The notes below the pieces were generated by a model, which was not told the origin of the DNA, searched no databases, and was given only the letters and a program-made list of their open reading frames with translations. Below are positions 24,081-37,700 of a stretch of DNA of 64,000 bases, piece after piece; position 1 is the first letter of the stretch; every line of letters begins with the position of its first letter. The stretch is taken from positions 83,514,001-83,578,000 of the forward strand of contig OZ296650.1 of NCBI GenBank assembly GCA_965655095.1, given 5' to 3'. The DNA is from Haplodiscus bocki (taxonomy: Eukaryota). Position numbers and translations under genes: made by a program.

Positions 24081-24199
24081 AATTGTTATGCGAGTTTGGT
24101 ACCAAAACTAACACAGAACGTATTGTGAGAAGTGTTTTAAGCAAACCTCCCTGCAACCAATTGGTTAGTTTTGCACATTTTGTTGCAGAAATTGTGCTT

Positions 24200-24487
24200 G
24201 CAATGCAGTTTCAACTACCACTGCCCAACTGTTTTTTCGGAGTTTGTCCTCCCACGCTGTCTGCATCTGTTCTTGATTTTTTTTCTACCACTAACAATCA
24301 CTGTTTCTTTCAGTGAGGCCAAATCAAATATGTCATGACCCACACATTTTGCACCTAGGACGTTAAAAAAATGCAAATATGGATTTTCGGTTCCCTGAAT
24401 AACTTGTGCAAGCGCACCGAATAACCCTCCAGGCTGTCCACCATCACCTATATACAATGGAACCCTTAGTAATCGTGGAGCAACCAT
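24200..24487 (-). pseudogene. Small basic virion protein (pX/cupiennin-like gene of Polintons/adintoviruses)
   Basis: MVAPRLLRVPLYIGDGGQPGGLFGALAQVI (Q.G.G.G-like, amphipathic), located between the minor and major capsid genes. Confidence 0.5.
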
Positions 24488-24504
24488 GTAGTAGCGTTTT
24501 CTGT

Positions 24505-25315
24505 TGTTAGAAAAGAACGTTGGAAGCTCCTCAGAGCATCAAAACAAGTGGAAGGAGTGAAAGATTCAAAGTCCAGTTTTTCAGTGCCCGTGTTCCGGAA
24601 GTCGATATGTATGCTACCAATAGCATGCTTCAGCAGCAGTCTGATCTGTAGGTTACTGAATGTCTGAAAAAACTTTTTGTCCAGTACTTATACCTTACTC
24701 TGCTTTCAGTTTCGACAAACGGAAAAACAACTCCGCAATGGAGATTTTGTACCGCTAACATTTTTGTACTCAGTAAGGTCTCTGCACAATTGCAATTTCT
24801 TCGAGCGTATACAGATATTGTGTTGAGCGAACTTCGCTTTTTGAGGTTTTTCTTCTCCCGATGCCACTCTGCATTCACTGCTAACAAAACATCCCAAATT
24901 GTCTTGAGAGTGTATAATAAAAAACGGTAGACCAAGTCAACCAATAGCAAGGGCATTAGAATTTTTTTTATTCCTCAGAGCAATACAACTGTGGTACAAC
25001 TTTGGCTGTGAATGGGTTTCTCTCCATTGAACATGCTGTTAGGCACTACAGAATCTGTGTCGGAGAGGTAGGAACCAGGTTTTCGACTGTAGAATACGGA
25101 CAACTCTGAAAGCTTTTTTCAAAAGAAAACTTGAACTTCACCTAGTTAACAATTTGATACATTATTGGGTAACTTGTTACGCAATTGCAACCTCTTATTG
25201 CCCGTACAGATTGGGTTAATCTCAACAAACAATTGGAAAAGTGTTGAGCATTCTTTTGGAAATAGATGTGCTGGATCATCTGAAGCAATAGATTTTGTCA
25301 GCGCTTCTATTGGTA
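24505..25315 (-). pseudogene. Minor capsid (penton, single jelly-roll) relic
   Basis: N-terminal SIASDDPAHLFPKECSTLF (L.SN.S...FP.NT.S.F), CRDLTEYKNVSGTKSPLRSC (Y.D..E...VGD...PLLR), C-terminal GSIHIDFRNTG. Confidence 0.7.
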
Positions 25316-25339
25316 AAGGTCTTTCATCAACATTTTTTG

Positions 25340-26200
25340 ATAAATTCACCGAATAAATTCTCATGCTGTTCACCTTTTATTGTCTAAGTTGGCTGTTTTT
25401 GTGAGGCATTTTTAACAATTCCTAAAACATCCTGCGTAAACTGTAGCTTGTAAGCTTTTCTGAAGGTTAATCTAATCTTGATGATGCGAATTTTGTCGTT
25501 AAGTCAAAACGTGGGCTCTAAAAAATATCTCGAGGGCCTGCTGTTCGAATCAAATTAAAAAATCGAATTTTTGCACCCTTTGCTACCAGATCCAAGGAGT
25601 CATTTTTATGTAAATAGGTTTGTGACAAATTTAGCCAAACTGTGAATGTACTTGTATCCGTTGTCGTACATGTAAACGTAAAAGAATTTCTACTTGACCG
25701 TAAGTTAAGTTCAGCAAACGGAGCCTCAGTCTCATCCATTGTTTAGTAAGCTTTTACCCCTTGAGCTTTGCATTTGCTCATGAGTTCTCCATCAAAGTAT
25801 CTGCTCTTGTTGAGGAAATTTTCCTTGGGTCAAAAGTCTCTGTAACCAAAAGTAAGAAAAGTCACAAACAGTTTCCACGAGAGAACTCGTTTCACTTTTT
25901 TTGCATCTACAATCCATTCAAACATGTAATGACGAAAATTTATAAACTCTACACTTCTAATATTTTTAAAAAGTTTATCAACACATGCGAGATCAGTACA
26001 GCAACTTTCAATTTTGTTTCCATCAAAAGCCTTCACTCTCTTGAATTTACTTGTGTCCGTAGTAAGTTTAACGTAAGAAGTCTTTGAATGCTAAAACTAT
26101 CTGACTTTTGATAATGATAGGCTGCTGGTTTTCACTGAATTGCGCACAGACACACAACCAACAATACCCAGTGCAAACAACAAGGGCAGCTTCTGTAGTT
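25340..26200 (-). pseudogene. Retroviral-like (c-)integrase relic
   Basis: SKVR.F.HSKTSYVK, ESCCTDLACVDKL (W..DL), ETEAPFAELNLRS (A..AER..R), KIRIIK..LTFRKAYKLQFTQDV (C-terminal VRI...F.KGY). Confidence 0.8.
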
Positions 26201-26209
26201 CTCATTTCG

Positions 26210-26610
26210 AGAGGGATCTAGCATCTTCTGCCTTTAAATTTGGCCTTTTCACTCATAACCAGTAAAAAAGTTTCACCAACACCAAAAAGTAAAGTGGAAA
26301 AGATAACTGGAGTGTCTGCAATTTTCCTTTGAAGTTATTGACCAACGTTTGACAATAATTCATCAGTTCCAACACTATCCATAAATGTTGTTTTAGTGTT
26401 TTAAAGCCTGACTTGAGAAAAAGATTGACATTTAGTTTATAAAGAGTCAGTTTTGGCCAAGAATTTTCCTGTCTATTCCCTTTTAAACGGAATAAATAGT
26501 TTGTTAGGTGGGTTTTTGTTACATTGATAAATGGAAGATCTCGTTTTGACTTTGAATGCAAACTCTTGTTTCACGTAAAAGTCGGGACAAGAAAGAACTG
26601 TTCCACATGA
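26210..26610 (-). pseudogene. Polinton hypothetical ORF between ATPase and integrase
   Basis: Protein-like frames HVEQFFLVPTF / NKSLHSKSKRDLP..., co-oriented with the flanking genes. Confidence 0.35.
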
Positions 26611-26879
26611 GGACAATTGGTTTTTGACGGCAGTTGTAAAAAATGTTTTGAAGTGTGTTTTTTTTCCGGATGCCAAAAACAAGAAAGTCTCTTCTTTGCT
26701 AAGGAAAAGTTGTTGTTTTTAGAAAGTACTTGGATCTCATATTGATGTTTTACGACCTGTTGTCTTTTAATCATTTGTAGTTTTCCTTTGGACCAATCTA
26801 TCATGCATTTGTAAGGAGAACAAATAAAATTTCATGGTCAAGAGAGAAGGAAACTGCTTTTGCGGGTAAAAAGATTGGA

Positions 26880-27500
26880 ACCTTTACAGTTTAGGGAAGT
26901 TTTTTGCGTTCATCGTCCAAACACTTTGAAAACTTCATCCTTTAGGGATGAAAAAGAGATGGAGTTGCTGCTTTTACAGTAACCTAGTCGATTATCTACT
27001 CGTGGCAACTTGTCAACCAATAAAAATCCCTAAAACCATCCGTGATCGAGGGGTGCACTGAACGTAATGACTTGACTTGCATCGCACCAGGAGGAGAACC
27101 GCAAAAAACATTGTGTTTGTTTGAAAGCTCAAATTTGCAATTTAGTTTACATTGACGCAGCAAGTTATGCTTACTGTCAAATTTTCCCAACACACGACAC
27201 CTTCTACTTTTTTCAAAATATTTTTTGGAATGCAACTTGCAAAAAAATGTCATAAACTAACAATTACTTTGTACAACTGTTTTTTATCGAATAAACAAAC
27301 TCAGAGTTTCTAATTTGAAAGAACTGGAGATTTCCAATGCCCTTCATCGTAAAGTTACTTGGAGTTTTTTGATAAAAATTAGTTTTAACAATTTTTGCTT
27401 TAATCAAATCCCATTTTCAATCTTTTCTATAATGGTTGCAATTTTCTTGTTTTGGGCAGTCCAACCAAGATGTTAAAGAGGCTTTTGTTTGTAAAATGTT
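26880..27500 (-). pseudogene. A32/FtsK-type genome-packaging ATPase relic
   Basis: Decayed Walker A ILVGLPKTRK (~27443-27470), Walker B LLVYD (~27249-27263), then ...SKHNLLRQCK...NVFCGSPPG (H/Q motif and F.SPR-like motif). Confidence 0.7.
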
Positions 27501-29179
27501 TTAAGTTCAACGTATAGGCGAGGGTCAATTTCAACCTGCTGCACTGGGTGAAAATCCATAATAAACAGCTGATTCGTCACAGATTTTAGGAAAATGAACT
27601 CGCCAAAGGCAAATGAAAAGAATCACTAAGCACTAAGAAGACGAGACACTGGGACATGAAGACAGTCAGATATCTGCAACAGGCTTGTCCTAAAAAGCCC
27701 ACGTTTTTGTCCTGATTGTTCTCGTCAAAAAGAAAGCTTAATTGTATCTTGTTGATCTGCCATTCAGCTTGTATGTTCAGTTCGTCTGTTAAAAATCTCG
27801 AAACAAAATGAACAAATCGGAAATTTTAATGTACGTAGGTAAAAAACGAATACGCTTCACAATACAACAAAACAATTTCAGGTCCTACCAGCACAATTTA
27901 CTGAAGTTTCCACCTTTTGCTATTCACAGCGAAGTGTAGTCTTCTTGCTACAAAAGAATTATAGCAAATCCACATTTGCTTATCTGTCTTGAGATCAACA
28001 AGATCTTCGTGGAGTCATGATCAACCAAGAGTTCAGAATCCGCATCCAGCAAACTTCCGTAAACATTACTTTTTTCTTCGATTTTCAAAATATTCCGCCT
28101 TTATTTCTTCAGAGAGACTGATAGGTAGCTCACTGTAACCGAAACTGCCACTGTTTTAAGAAAAGTTCTTGCAAACTCCTTCCGCAGCAGTGCTTGTTCT
28201 GTCGTTTTGTGCTTTTTTGGGAGTCGTAGTGAGTGCCCTTCAACAATCGTACCAGTAGGAACTCCCAACTACAATGTTTTCATCTTGAAAGTGATCATCT
28301 AATTCAATGTAAGACATAATGCTGCAACAAACAACACAGTTAAAAAAGGTAGACTAGTGAATTCACGTGAACGAGCAAACTTTAATTTAATCCGCGTCCA
28401 TTCATGTAACAAAAGCTAAACTTTTAGCCAGCAAGTTACCGCAGTACTCCAGCAGCGCCTTGTAGTATTGCATGTAGTCTAAATACTTTTGAGTAGCAAA
28501 ATACAATTTCCAAATCTGAGTCTCCTCAACAAACAGTTCCATCAAATGGATTTTTTTGGTCCGTCTGATGTGCTGAGGTTCTATCGTTCAGACAAGAGTA
28601 GGCCCTCAGAAAAATGTTTTGCAGACACTTCTTTGTTCAACTGACACATTTAGTCCAAGGTAACATCGGAAAGTGCTGGAAAGGAGAAACACATTTTTTT
28701 GGATGCAATCTGTTTCAATTATGAACACTTGCTGCTTAAAGTGCAATGCACCGCTTAAAAAACTTCATGAAAACCAACAGGTATACTCGAGTTGCCAGGA
28801 GCATCTGGTTTTCTATCTTTTTCAAACGAGTTTCATTTCTTTATCTATGAGGTGGAAATTGTTTCGGTGACGGTAGTGGACGAAGTTCAAGTTGACTGCA
28901 TCTGACTTGATGATTTCACTACTTTTTCCTACCGATACGAAGCGTCCATTTTAGGCCCTACCTTTCTTCTGTAAGATCAATTTGTCAATGTCTGGTCACT
29001 GTTGCATTATATTTACAGATATTGTACGTTTTTCAAGAGACGTTTGCGGGAGTGTTTAAAGCAACAAGATAAAGGTCCAAGTTTTAGCTTGAGATACAGT
29101 TTTCTATTATCTTCCTTGTTCTAACTCATCCTAATTCAAATAAAAAAAAAGATAAAGAGTGTATAGTGGCAGTTTTTTG

Positions 29180-29720
29180 TTATAGGACTATATAAATAGA
29201 CTGATAGGAAATAACTTTATGGTACACAGAATTCATTAGATCGGGAAGATATGAAAAAGGATCATTTTTACCATTCACATCAAAAAATGATCGAAGTTTC
29301 TGCTCCTCGATCTTTTTTGCAAATGATTGGGTTGGAACATATGAACTCAGTAACTTCTCCGCGAGGTACCGCCGCAGACTCACACAAATTTTTCTTGGTA
29401 ATCGATGCACAACGTCAATCGCTTCAATTTCACTCTTGACTTATTCCTCCATATCTTTCGACGTTGTAGTAGCTTGTATGGAGGGCAACCTTTGGTCTCT
29501 GCCAAAGTTTTTGTATGCACCATCCGGCTGAATCTTCAATTTCATTAAATTTTTGAATTATGACGCTCACATTGTGTTGTTTTGAACCAAACGAAAGTCT
29601 TTGTTGTTGTATATCCCCATTGAGTTTTGCATCAGAACAGTTGAAGCCATTTTAAGACCAAATCTGGCTCAGCATCTACCAAAGTGTTCTTGTTCGATAA
29701 AAGTAAGCTTGTCCAAAAAA
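29180..29720 (-). pseudogene. Polinton accessory ORF, possibly PC4-like ssDNA-binding protein
   Basis: NNKDFRLVQ..., VVHRLPRKICVSLRRY... (V.LR.Y beta-strand pattern reminiscent of PC4); weak support. Confidence 0.3.
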
Positions 29721-32284
29721 GAAGTAGAATTGTATGCCAGCAGTTTTCCTTGTCGAGGTAGAACCTTGGTATCTGAAAAAAGCGATATCTTTCATGAGAA
29801 TGGAACTTAGAGAAAACGTTGCGTGCTCCAAATTGTCGCATAAAGACGCTCGTGCAAACTGTATTTGCTCATTGTTACAAGATCACTCGGTAAAAAGATA
29901 TTATTTCTTTTTTAGCCATTGTCCTGTGATATTTCCATATATGGACATTTCTTCTTTTTTGTCATTCTCACGTGATCTTTCCAGAAACAGAACCACACGC
30001 TTTTTGTTAGGCTGGTACATAGAAACAATGATATTTCGATTCTCAGTTTCAATTTTCCAGGAAACAGCTCTACTAACAAATGTTTGCTGTTATGCTGCAA
30101 GCATTCCAAGATTTAACGCAAAATTTTCAAAAAAAAATCACTTCTTTCCGGAAAAACGTTTGACAAGTACCTTGTGTGTAAATTTTTTTGTATTTTCCAC
30201 CACGACGACAAGACGTGCTTCCTGTCCAAATGCAATTATCAAACTATACTCATGGGAGACTCTGACCGAGTGCTAGAGATTGTGGGTGCATTCTGCTTCA
30301 GACATCGGTTTGTCGACTGGATCTATACACTGCTCAAGTAACAGTTTAAGGGCAGACCTGTTACAAAGAATAGACGACTGTTCAGTTATCTGCAGTGAAC
30401 AGTTTGCTTCAACCAAAGACACAGAGGAGTCAACAGAAAAAACAGCATTCAGAAAAGGAGATTTGTGATGAAGAAACAAAGAAACAATGTATTGAGCTCT
30501 GTTCAAAAATCACAATCAATGAAAACTGGAAGACAAACCTCTGCAAAAAGAATTGAGCAAATAAGAAAGTCGAACTGGAACAGAAAAAATCTTGTAGTTT
30601 TTTTTAGATGAATATGGCAACTTTTATAGTAATTTAGTACCTTTTGAAACCGTTTGTTGCATCTCAGAAAAGTCTATCGATGATGCCAACCCATCAACCA
30701 AGCTTGCAACGAGAAAAGCGCCATTGCCAATAAAACACCCAGTTCTTATATAGACATATGCAACACTTTCAATAAAAAAAGTTCCACAATCCTTTTTTCA
30801 CCTTTACATGGTACCAAGACCACGCCAGAGCAAAGATCATTCAGCAGGAATCTGAAAAAAGGTTAGAAAAGAACCATTCACACAAATTTTTTCCAACACG
30901 TCCTGTTTTGAATTGTCAAGATAAAAACGAGTCAGATTTTCGAGGAAAAATTTTTCAACGCGTCATACCTTGAATGAAAAGATTTACTACGCGACAGCTT
31001 TTGAAGTTACAAGATTTCAAGAAAACAATTTTTGAAAAAGTGCTTCGCAAAAACTTTTTGCATTTTTGTGCTTTTATCAAAATCATGATTCTGAAGCATT
31101 TTTTTGAAAAAATCCAATTCTGAGGAAAAAAATACAATCTAAGGAAATTCGAATCAAATTAAATACAATGTTTCATCTTTCCATTCAAAATTTCCGGCTT
31201 TTTTCAATGATACTCTTTAATCTAGCTCCTCCACATGTACATTCCGCAACGTTTTCCTCCATAACATAAAGAAAAATTACAGCCCACAAAATTTTGTCGC
31301 AAAGGTAAAAGCGTTCACTTTTCAAACTGCAGTTCCGGCACGCCTCCTCACATGGATTTCCGCGGTAACATCGTTGTGTTGTCCAAAACAACTAGTAAAA
31401 TTGAGGAAAAAACTCAAAACTGTTTTTGTCTCACGCGCTTTTGACTGTTTTTTGAAGTTATTTTTGATTGAAATGCAGTAGTTTTCATAAATGTTTTCAT
31501 AACATCATATACTCCATTTTCTTAAATTCCGGAAAAAGAGTTTCCCTTAACGATCTCAGGAACAAATTCTGTTTTCGGTCAAGGTGGACAATTTTTTAGC
31601 AACTTGGCAGGCTCATTGAGTTGCTCAAAGTCCTATTAGTGGTTAAAAAAAGTCCTTGTTTTTCTGACTGTCATTCATTTTTGACCCTTCAACCACTTAA
31701 CCCATTTCAAAGTAATTGAAAGGTGGAGGGGAACAAGGAGTGTACATGCTGCCTCGAATATTTTTTATCCATGTTCAAGCTTTACTTTTCCCAGAGGAAG
31801 TCACAGCCTTCCAGGTAGGACAACTGGTACCCTTTTGTAACTATCCATTGTGCACCTACACGTGAGATCACATCGACCTTCCGGCATCTCCATCGCTGAC
31901 TGTTTGGTCATTATTGAAAAACTTGCCACTTGATTAACAAAAAATTTGTTTTTGCTGAGGCTTTTCCTGCGCACCTGGTTTCTTGTGAACTGATTGTCAT
32001 ATTTTGGACAAGATTTCTCACGTTCAGAGTTAAACAACCTGGTTCAAAAAAAACGTCCAGTGGATAACATCGTTGTAGATCCGCTATACTGTAGATTGAA
32101 AATGTAAAAACTGGCTTTGGAAAGGAACCTATAGTTTACTTTATCAACCAAGAGGAAATTGACATATTTATTCCCCAGTTGCGTCGATTTTAAAATTTTT
32201 TGGCAATTTTTTGAAATTTTTATTATTTCAACGGTAATGTTTCAAAACACTTGACTATGCCTTAAAAACCACGAAGGAACAAAA

Positions 32285-32795
32285 AACAAGACCCCGGCTA
32301 ACACCGGCATAATTTATGCCTTCCACATTTGGTAAAAAGGCAATTATAAAAGATGAGAACGTGTTTTCCTCGAAAAAACACGTTTTCTTCATCACACTTT
32401 CTAATTTCTCTAACGCTCGAAAACTTTCAAATTTCGGCAAAAACTCCTCATGACGAGGCCAAAACATTCTGTCCAAGAGATAGTACCACATAATACGATT
32501 TGTACAGCAAATTTACTACTTATATTGATATTAACAAAACTCAAACTGTTTTTCGCAAAACCCATGTTCTTTTAACTATAAAAATTCCCAAATTTTCAAA
32601 GCTTTGAGAATGTTTACTGTTTCAGTGGCAATCTACTACATTTTTGCTAGAACTTCATAAAAAAAATTGAAATTTAAACACGTGAACATTTGATGTTGGC
32701 TCATTCAGTGCGCCCATTTCAAAAACAACTGGTAAAAAGACGCATCTATTTGGGAAGACAACTTTGCTTCCCATTTCTTCCATATGGTGCAAAAA
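32285..32795. mobile_element. Compact (~510 bp) copy of the HINE-like element, nested in Polinton 1
   Basis: Both ends align to 655-1010 and 2480-2590; terminal palindrome GGCATAATTTATGCC at 32306-32320. Confidence 0.7.
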
Positions 32796-34779
32796 AACAT
32801 TTGCTTAAACAACTGGACAAAATGTTTCATCGTCTCATAAGCATTAGAGTCATAATTACCTTCACTCAACCCACTTTTTGTAGCCAATCAAACAGCGATC
32901 CTTGTGGAGTTTGCATTTTTTGTGATAATGTATTTTGAATGATTCTGTAAAAAACAATTATTACAAACGTTACACTTGAATTGTTAAACTGAACAGAAAA
33001 TACTTTTGTTTTTTCCAACAGAAAAAATACAGACGTATTAGTGTATTTGAATTTTCTTCGAGCTTCGTTTGACGGTGTATGAAGACATTGTTTTTCGATA
33101 ATATAGTGCCAAATTCAATTTGAGATTGAGGCAGTGGATTGTATGTAGATTTGACAGATTACTTGTAGACTATGAAAAACTGGATTAAAACGTTCCTTTA
33201 GATAAGTCAACTCTCTCCTGGAGAATAAATCTTTGATGAGTCTGTAAGTCGCAAAAATGGAACAATTTGATTCCACACTGGTTTCTGTTTGCTTCTCTGC
33301 TGACTCAAAGTTTTCGGCAGTGAGACTGTGATTTGTCACAAAGGATGTGGTATTATAGTAATCAAGGTATGTCTCCTCCAGGACGATTCGAGGAACTTCT
33401 TGCAGATTGAGTACAATTTCCAAAAACTGAAGCAGATTGTTTCCTCAGATTTTGGCTCTTTGTAACTTAAAAAACAATTTCAAAAGAAACTGTTTGTAGT
33501 GTAGCAGTGAAAGCAATCCAGTTGCTTGAAGATAACAGCGCTGGCAGTGTTTTCATTCCAACCAATCGGGTGCAGGGTCTTCGTATCGCCCATTCAAAAG
33601 TAGCTTCTGAAACTGCTGTCTAGTGGTTAAAAGGTTAAAGGACTCACTAAGTTAGGGAGTGCAGCAAGATTTTACGTCAAAGATTCCATGAATGAAAAGC
33701 TTTAATCATCTAAAAAACCATTTTTGGGCAATTTTTGGAAACCTTTGCCTGTTCTGGAAGTGTATTTGGCTGACAGTTGGATCAAATTAAACAGGATAAG
33801 TGAAACAAATTTCTCAAACAAGCTGCTTCCCTAAAAAGGGAATTTGTTTCACTTTAATGATTTTCTCAAACAATCTGCCATCTTATTCAAGAATCATCGT
33901 TATATTTGGATGAGTTCACCAGATGTTCTGTTCCACCATCCGTTGAATGTTTTCCACTTGGCTGATTTGCGACAGTCTGTCGTCCTATCGAAAGATCATT
34001 CTTCCACTTCTTTGCTTTTGTCAGACAAACTAACTTCTGTTCAAATTCAACTAGATTGACTCCTTAAGTCAAATTCACTTGTGTGTCGTTACTGGTGTAC
34101 CAACGTAACAGCATTATTTCTTGTGTCTTTCCATAAAGAATGTTATGTAATATGAAAAAAAAATTCTGACAAAAATTTTTGTGGACAACGTAAACTAAGA
34201 CAAAACACCAAACCTAACGGTTGAAAACAACTATTTGGGAAAGTTTTTGTTAGTTTTTTACTTTCTTATCAGAATTGGTGTAGCAACGGGGTCTATCCTA
34301 GTTTTTGGTTGCAACAATGAATGAAAGCTCTTTTCAGGGTAATGTGATATTGTTTTTACGTTTATGCTCATGTCAAACAGTCTATTAGTTGAGAGTTTTA
34401 CAAATAAGGTGCGAGGTGAAGTGCAGAAGTTCTTGTACTGGTGATGTTACTGTTGGACAAGAAAACACTGATACGAAAAACCGGCCCGAAGGATCAATGG
34501 AGATGAGCTTCACATAGTTCGTGTTAAATTCGTGTTAAAATTGCATTCTTATCTTTTGTGTACGAACGTAGTGGACGCATTTTTTTAGCTGCACCTTTGA
34601 TTTTTACCTACTTTTATGGTTATCCCACTGGTAATTTTTTTAATGTGTTTCCAAAGAGGACATAATGTAATGAGTAACACTTGATACAAGTTAAATGTCA
34701 TTACTTCGATAGCATTGAAGGAGTGAAAGTGCTTCTCCGTGTATGTTTGTTACCAGCTGATTCGATGAACAGTTTGAAA

Positions 34780-37700
34780 TGAAAAGCTTTCCTAAAAAGA
34801 GTTACGTGTGAGAGTTGTGGTACCCAAACTAGAAAAAGCAAAAATGACCAACACAAGAAAAATTGTTCTACTGGATCACTTTATTGTCCCAAAGTCATCA
34901 ACTTCACCAAAGAGTCTTCGGCTGATTTAATTCATCACTTCGTCAAGAAACATGCTAAGGCACCTTCTAAATCGGCTCACGATTGCCATGCGTCTGATTC
35001 ACTGTTTTAGAGCTGCCACTGACGACTAAACACCATTTTAAAGATCATTGCGCAAAGCTTGGATCATTGATTCGAAAACTTGATATCAGGCAAGTTGGGC
35101 GCAAAAAGGACAATGTTAGTCTTAAAGAGCAACTGGATGCCTGTAAACAATTGCCGCCAGTTTTGGAGCTGGATAATGGGACACACAGATATCTGAATGT
35201 CACATTGAATCCACCGATCTGAAACTTTTTGTTGGATAAGTTGAATGCTGTTCTCAACACTCTCAAATGGGCTGCTAAGTTGAAGGTAGCAGTCGCTTTT
35301 GTGGTCAAAAACTTTGAGGATGGGAGTTATCGCTTTTGTCATGCAAACGAAAACATGACAGTGTTGGAGCAATCTAAAATTGCAGCTGCTAAGGAAGACT
35401 CCTCTTAAAGGAAAAGTCTCCTGGGGAAGACCGATGTCATTGGAGGGTGGGTAAACGTGCAGTTGTTGCAGCGTTGTTAACTGAAGTTCCCGTGGGTTGT
35501 AAGGATGCTCGTTGGGCAGAACCACTGATAAAATAACATTTTGTCGAATTTTTACCTTTCAGCAGAACACCCTAGTTTTGTACACTGATTTATTGTGTCC
35601 CATCAAATGTCTAGTTTTGATTTGGCATTGGAATCAGAAACTCGAGGAGGATGATTCCAAAAACTCTAATTAGTTCCTGGAAAAGAAAGGTGGAACTGAC
35701 GTTCCAGACTCTTAGTGTAGAAAGTATGACAACAGTGAAGAACACTGATTAGGTAGATATTTGTAGCACCAAATTCACATAGTGGACATGATTTTGCTTG
35801 GTGGGTTTGGGAGAACAACTAATGGGAATGACTCTAAAACGGAACAACTATTACGTTGCAATAGTCATGTTTGCTAAGTTTCCCGTGTTAATGCTCTCTT
35901 TATTAGTTACTAACCATCTTGTTGATGAAACTGGTAACTTGGAGAGACAATTGAAAACTTGCGAGGAACGAGTTGAGCTTTATTTCTCAAACAACGCTTT
36001 TTCAACACCGTAAAAGACTTTTTTTAAAATAGACTTTTCTGTGATTCCATGCACAGAGGATCAAAGGCTTTTCGAAAACATGACGAAAATTATTTTTTAA
36101 TCAGACTGAAGGAAAGAAGACAAATTTCAAACTACTGGTAAAAACGCTAAAATTTGAAAGCCAGTACCAACATCTGTATACTTTTTGCTCAATTTGATAG
36201 AAACTCCAATTTTCCGGTGAGACTCCAATACGAAGGATATGGTTGAATCATTTGGTGATGCTCCTGACGGGTTAGCTATAAAAAACAAAGCCCAAGAGAA
36301 GTGAAACTTTACGAAATTGAGACTAGAATAAACAGCAAAATCAATCAACACTTTTCAATTTCCTATCAATCCCGTTGCCGCAAAGTATGAAGTGGACCAT
36401 GGATTCTAACGACGAGTGTGTCACAATAAGTGAAAAGAAGGCGTCAACACACTTTTCACAAACGCAAAAAGGTCAAAATCTTGATCTACCGGATTTTTTC
36501 GGAATATATTTCATTGCGTTTCTTCTCTCTGATTTCAATACTGCAGAAAACGACACCAGTCTGAAAAAGAAAGAGATATCTGATACCACTTGTAGTCCAA
36601 GATTCACTGGTTTTACCAACAGTGATCATGAAGGCGATCAAGTTGCCTCCTTCAAGTTTGGAGATGTTCAGTTGCCGGATGTAAAAAATTCTCTCGGTGA
36701 GAATATCCGACACGAAAAAATGTTTTTCCATAAAAATGACCATGAAAGACTCATTAAGGTTCAGTTACCTCCCTAAAAAACTTTCTATCAAACAGCGGGG
36801 CAATAACCACCTTTATTAGGACTTTTCAGATTCTAAAAGGTAATTAGATGGCGGCATGACAAGCAAAGAATCACTATCCAAAGTGAAAATGAGTCAAACC
36901 GCCTCCAATTGGACGAACAACGTACCAGTACATTTTGAGTGCAGAACCATGCAAAAAAATGAGCCTCTAGCAAAATTCTACGCCGGTATAATGACAAAGA
37001 TGTTGTTTCGAGGTTAATCGCTATGCAAAAGATGTTGGAACCTTGCCACATTCAAAAACAGACATGGTAAAGCCTGGATGCCTTTTGCTGACTCTATTAA
37101 AGGAAGCGTTTTCATATGTCAAATACTGCCAAGTTTAGTCGCATCAAAGAAATCCACCAAACTTCGTTGACGAAAGACGCGCAATTCGAGTTGGTAGTCC
37201 ATCGTTTGTTTCAGCAAACAAAGTTGTTGCGGACGAGACACTTTTTCGTGACTCACGAAACAAGTGCTATGCTATTCTTGCAACTGATCCCGGTCAGTTT
37301 TAACCTCACTCCATCTGTCAAGTGGTGCCTGATAAACTATATACATCATGGGCACTCTACTCCAAATCTGGCAAGTTTAAACCACGTCAAAATAGGACAA
37401 GAAATTTGCTAATAACGTATTGTCATAGTATCAGAGAATCAGACTATAACGTAAAGTAGAGAGCTTCTATAAAACGGGCACACTTAAAAACATTGGTTCT
37501 TATAGCGTTACTGTTTTTTGTGCGCACTGCAACACAATATTTGGAGCTACACGTTGTAATAAACAATTTTGTCCCTGCCAGGAATCCCGTCTATCTTTCA
37601 CTGACATAAATTTTCCGTGAGGCGTAAAAACGAGAGAGCAGGAAAAACTACGGAATTAGTACATAGAAGGAGAGGGCCCAATACCGTTGAGATGTACGAA

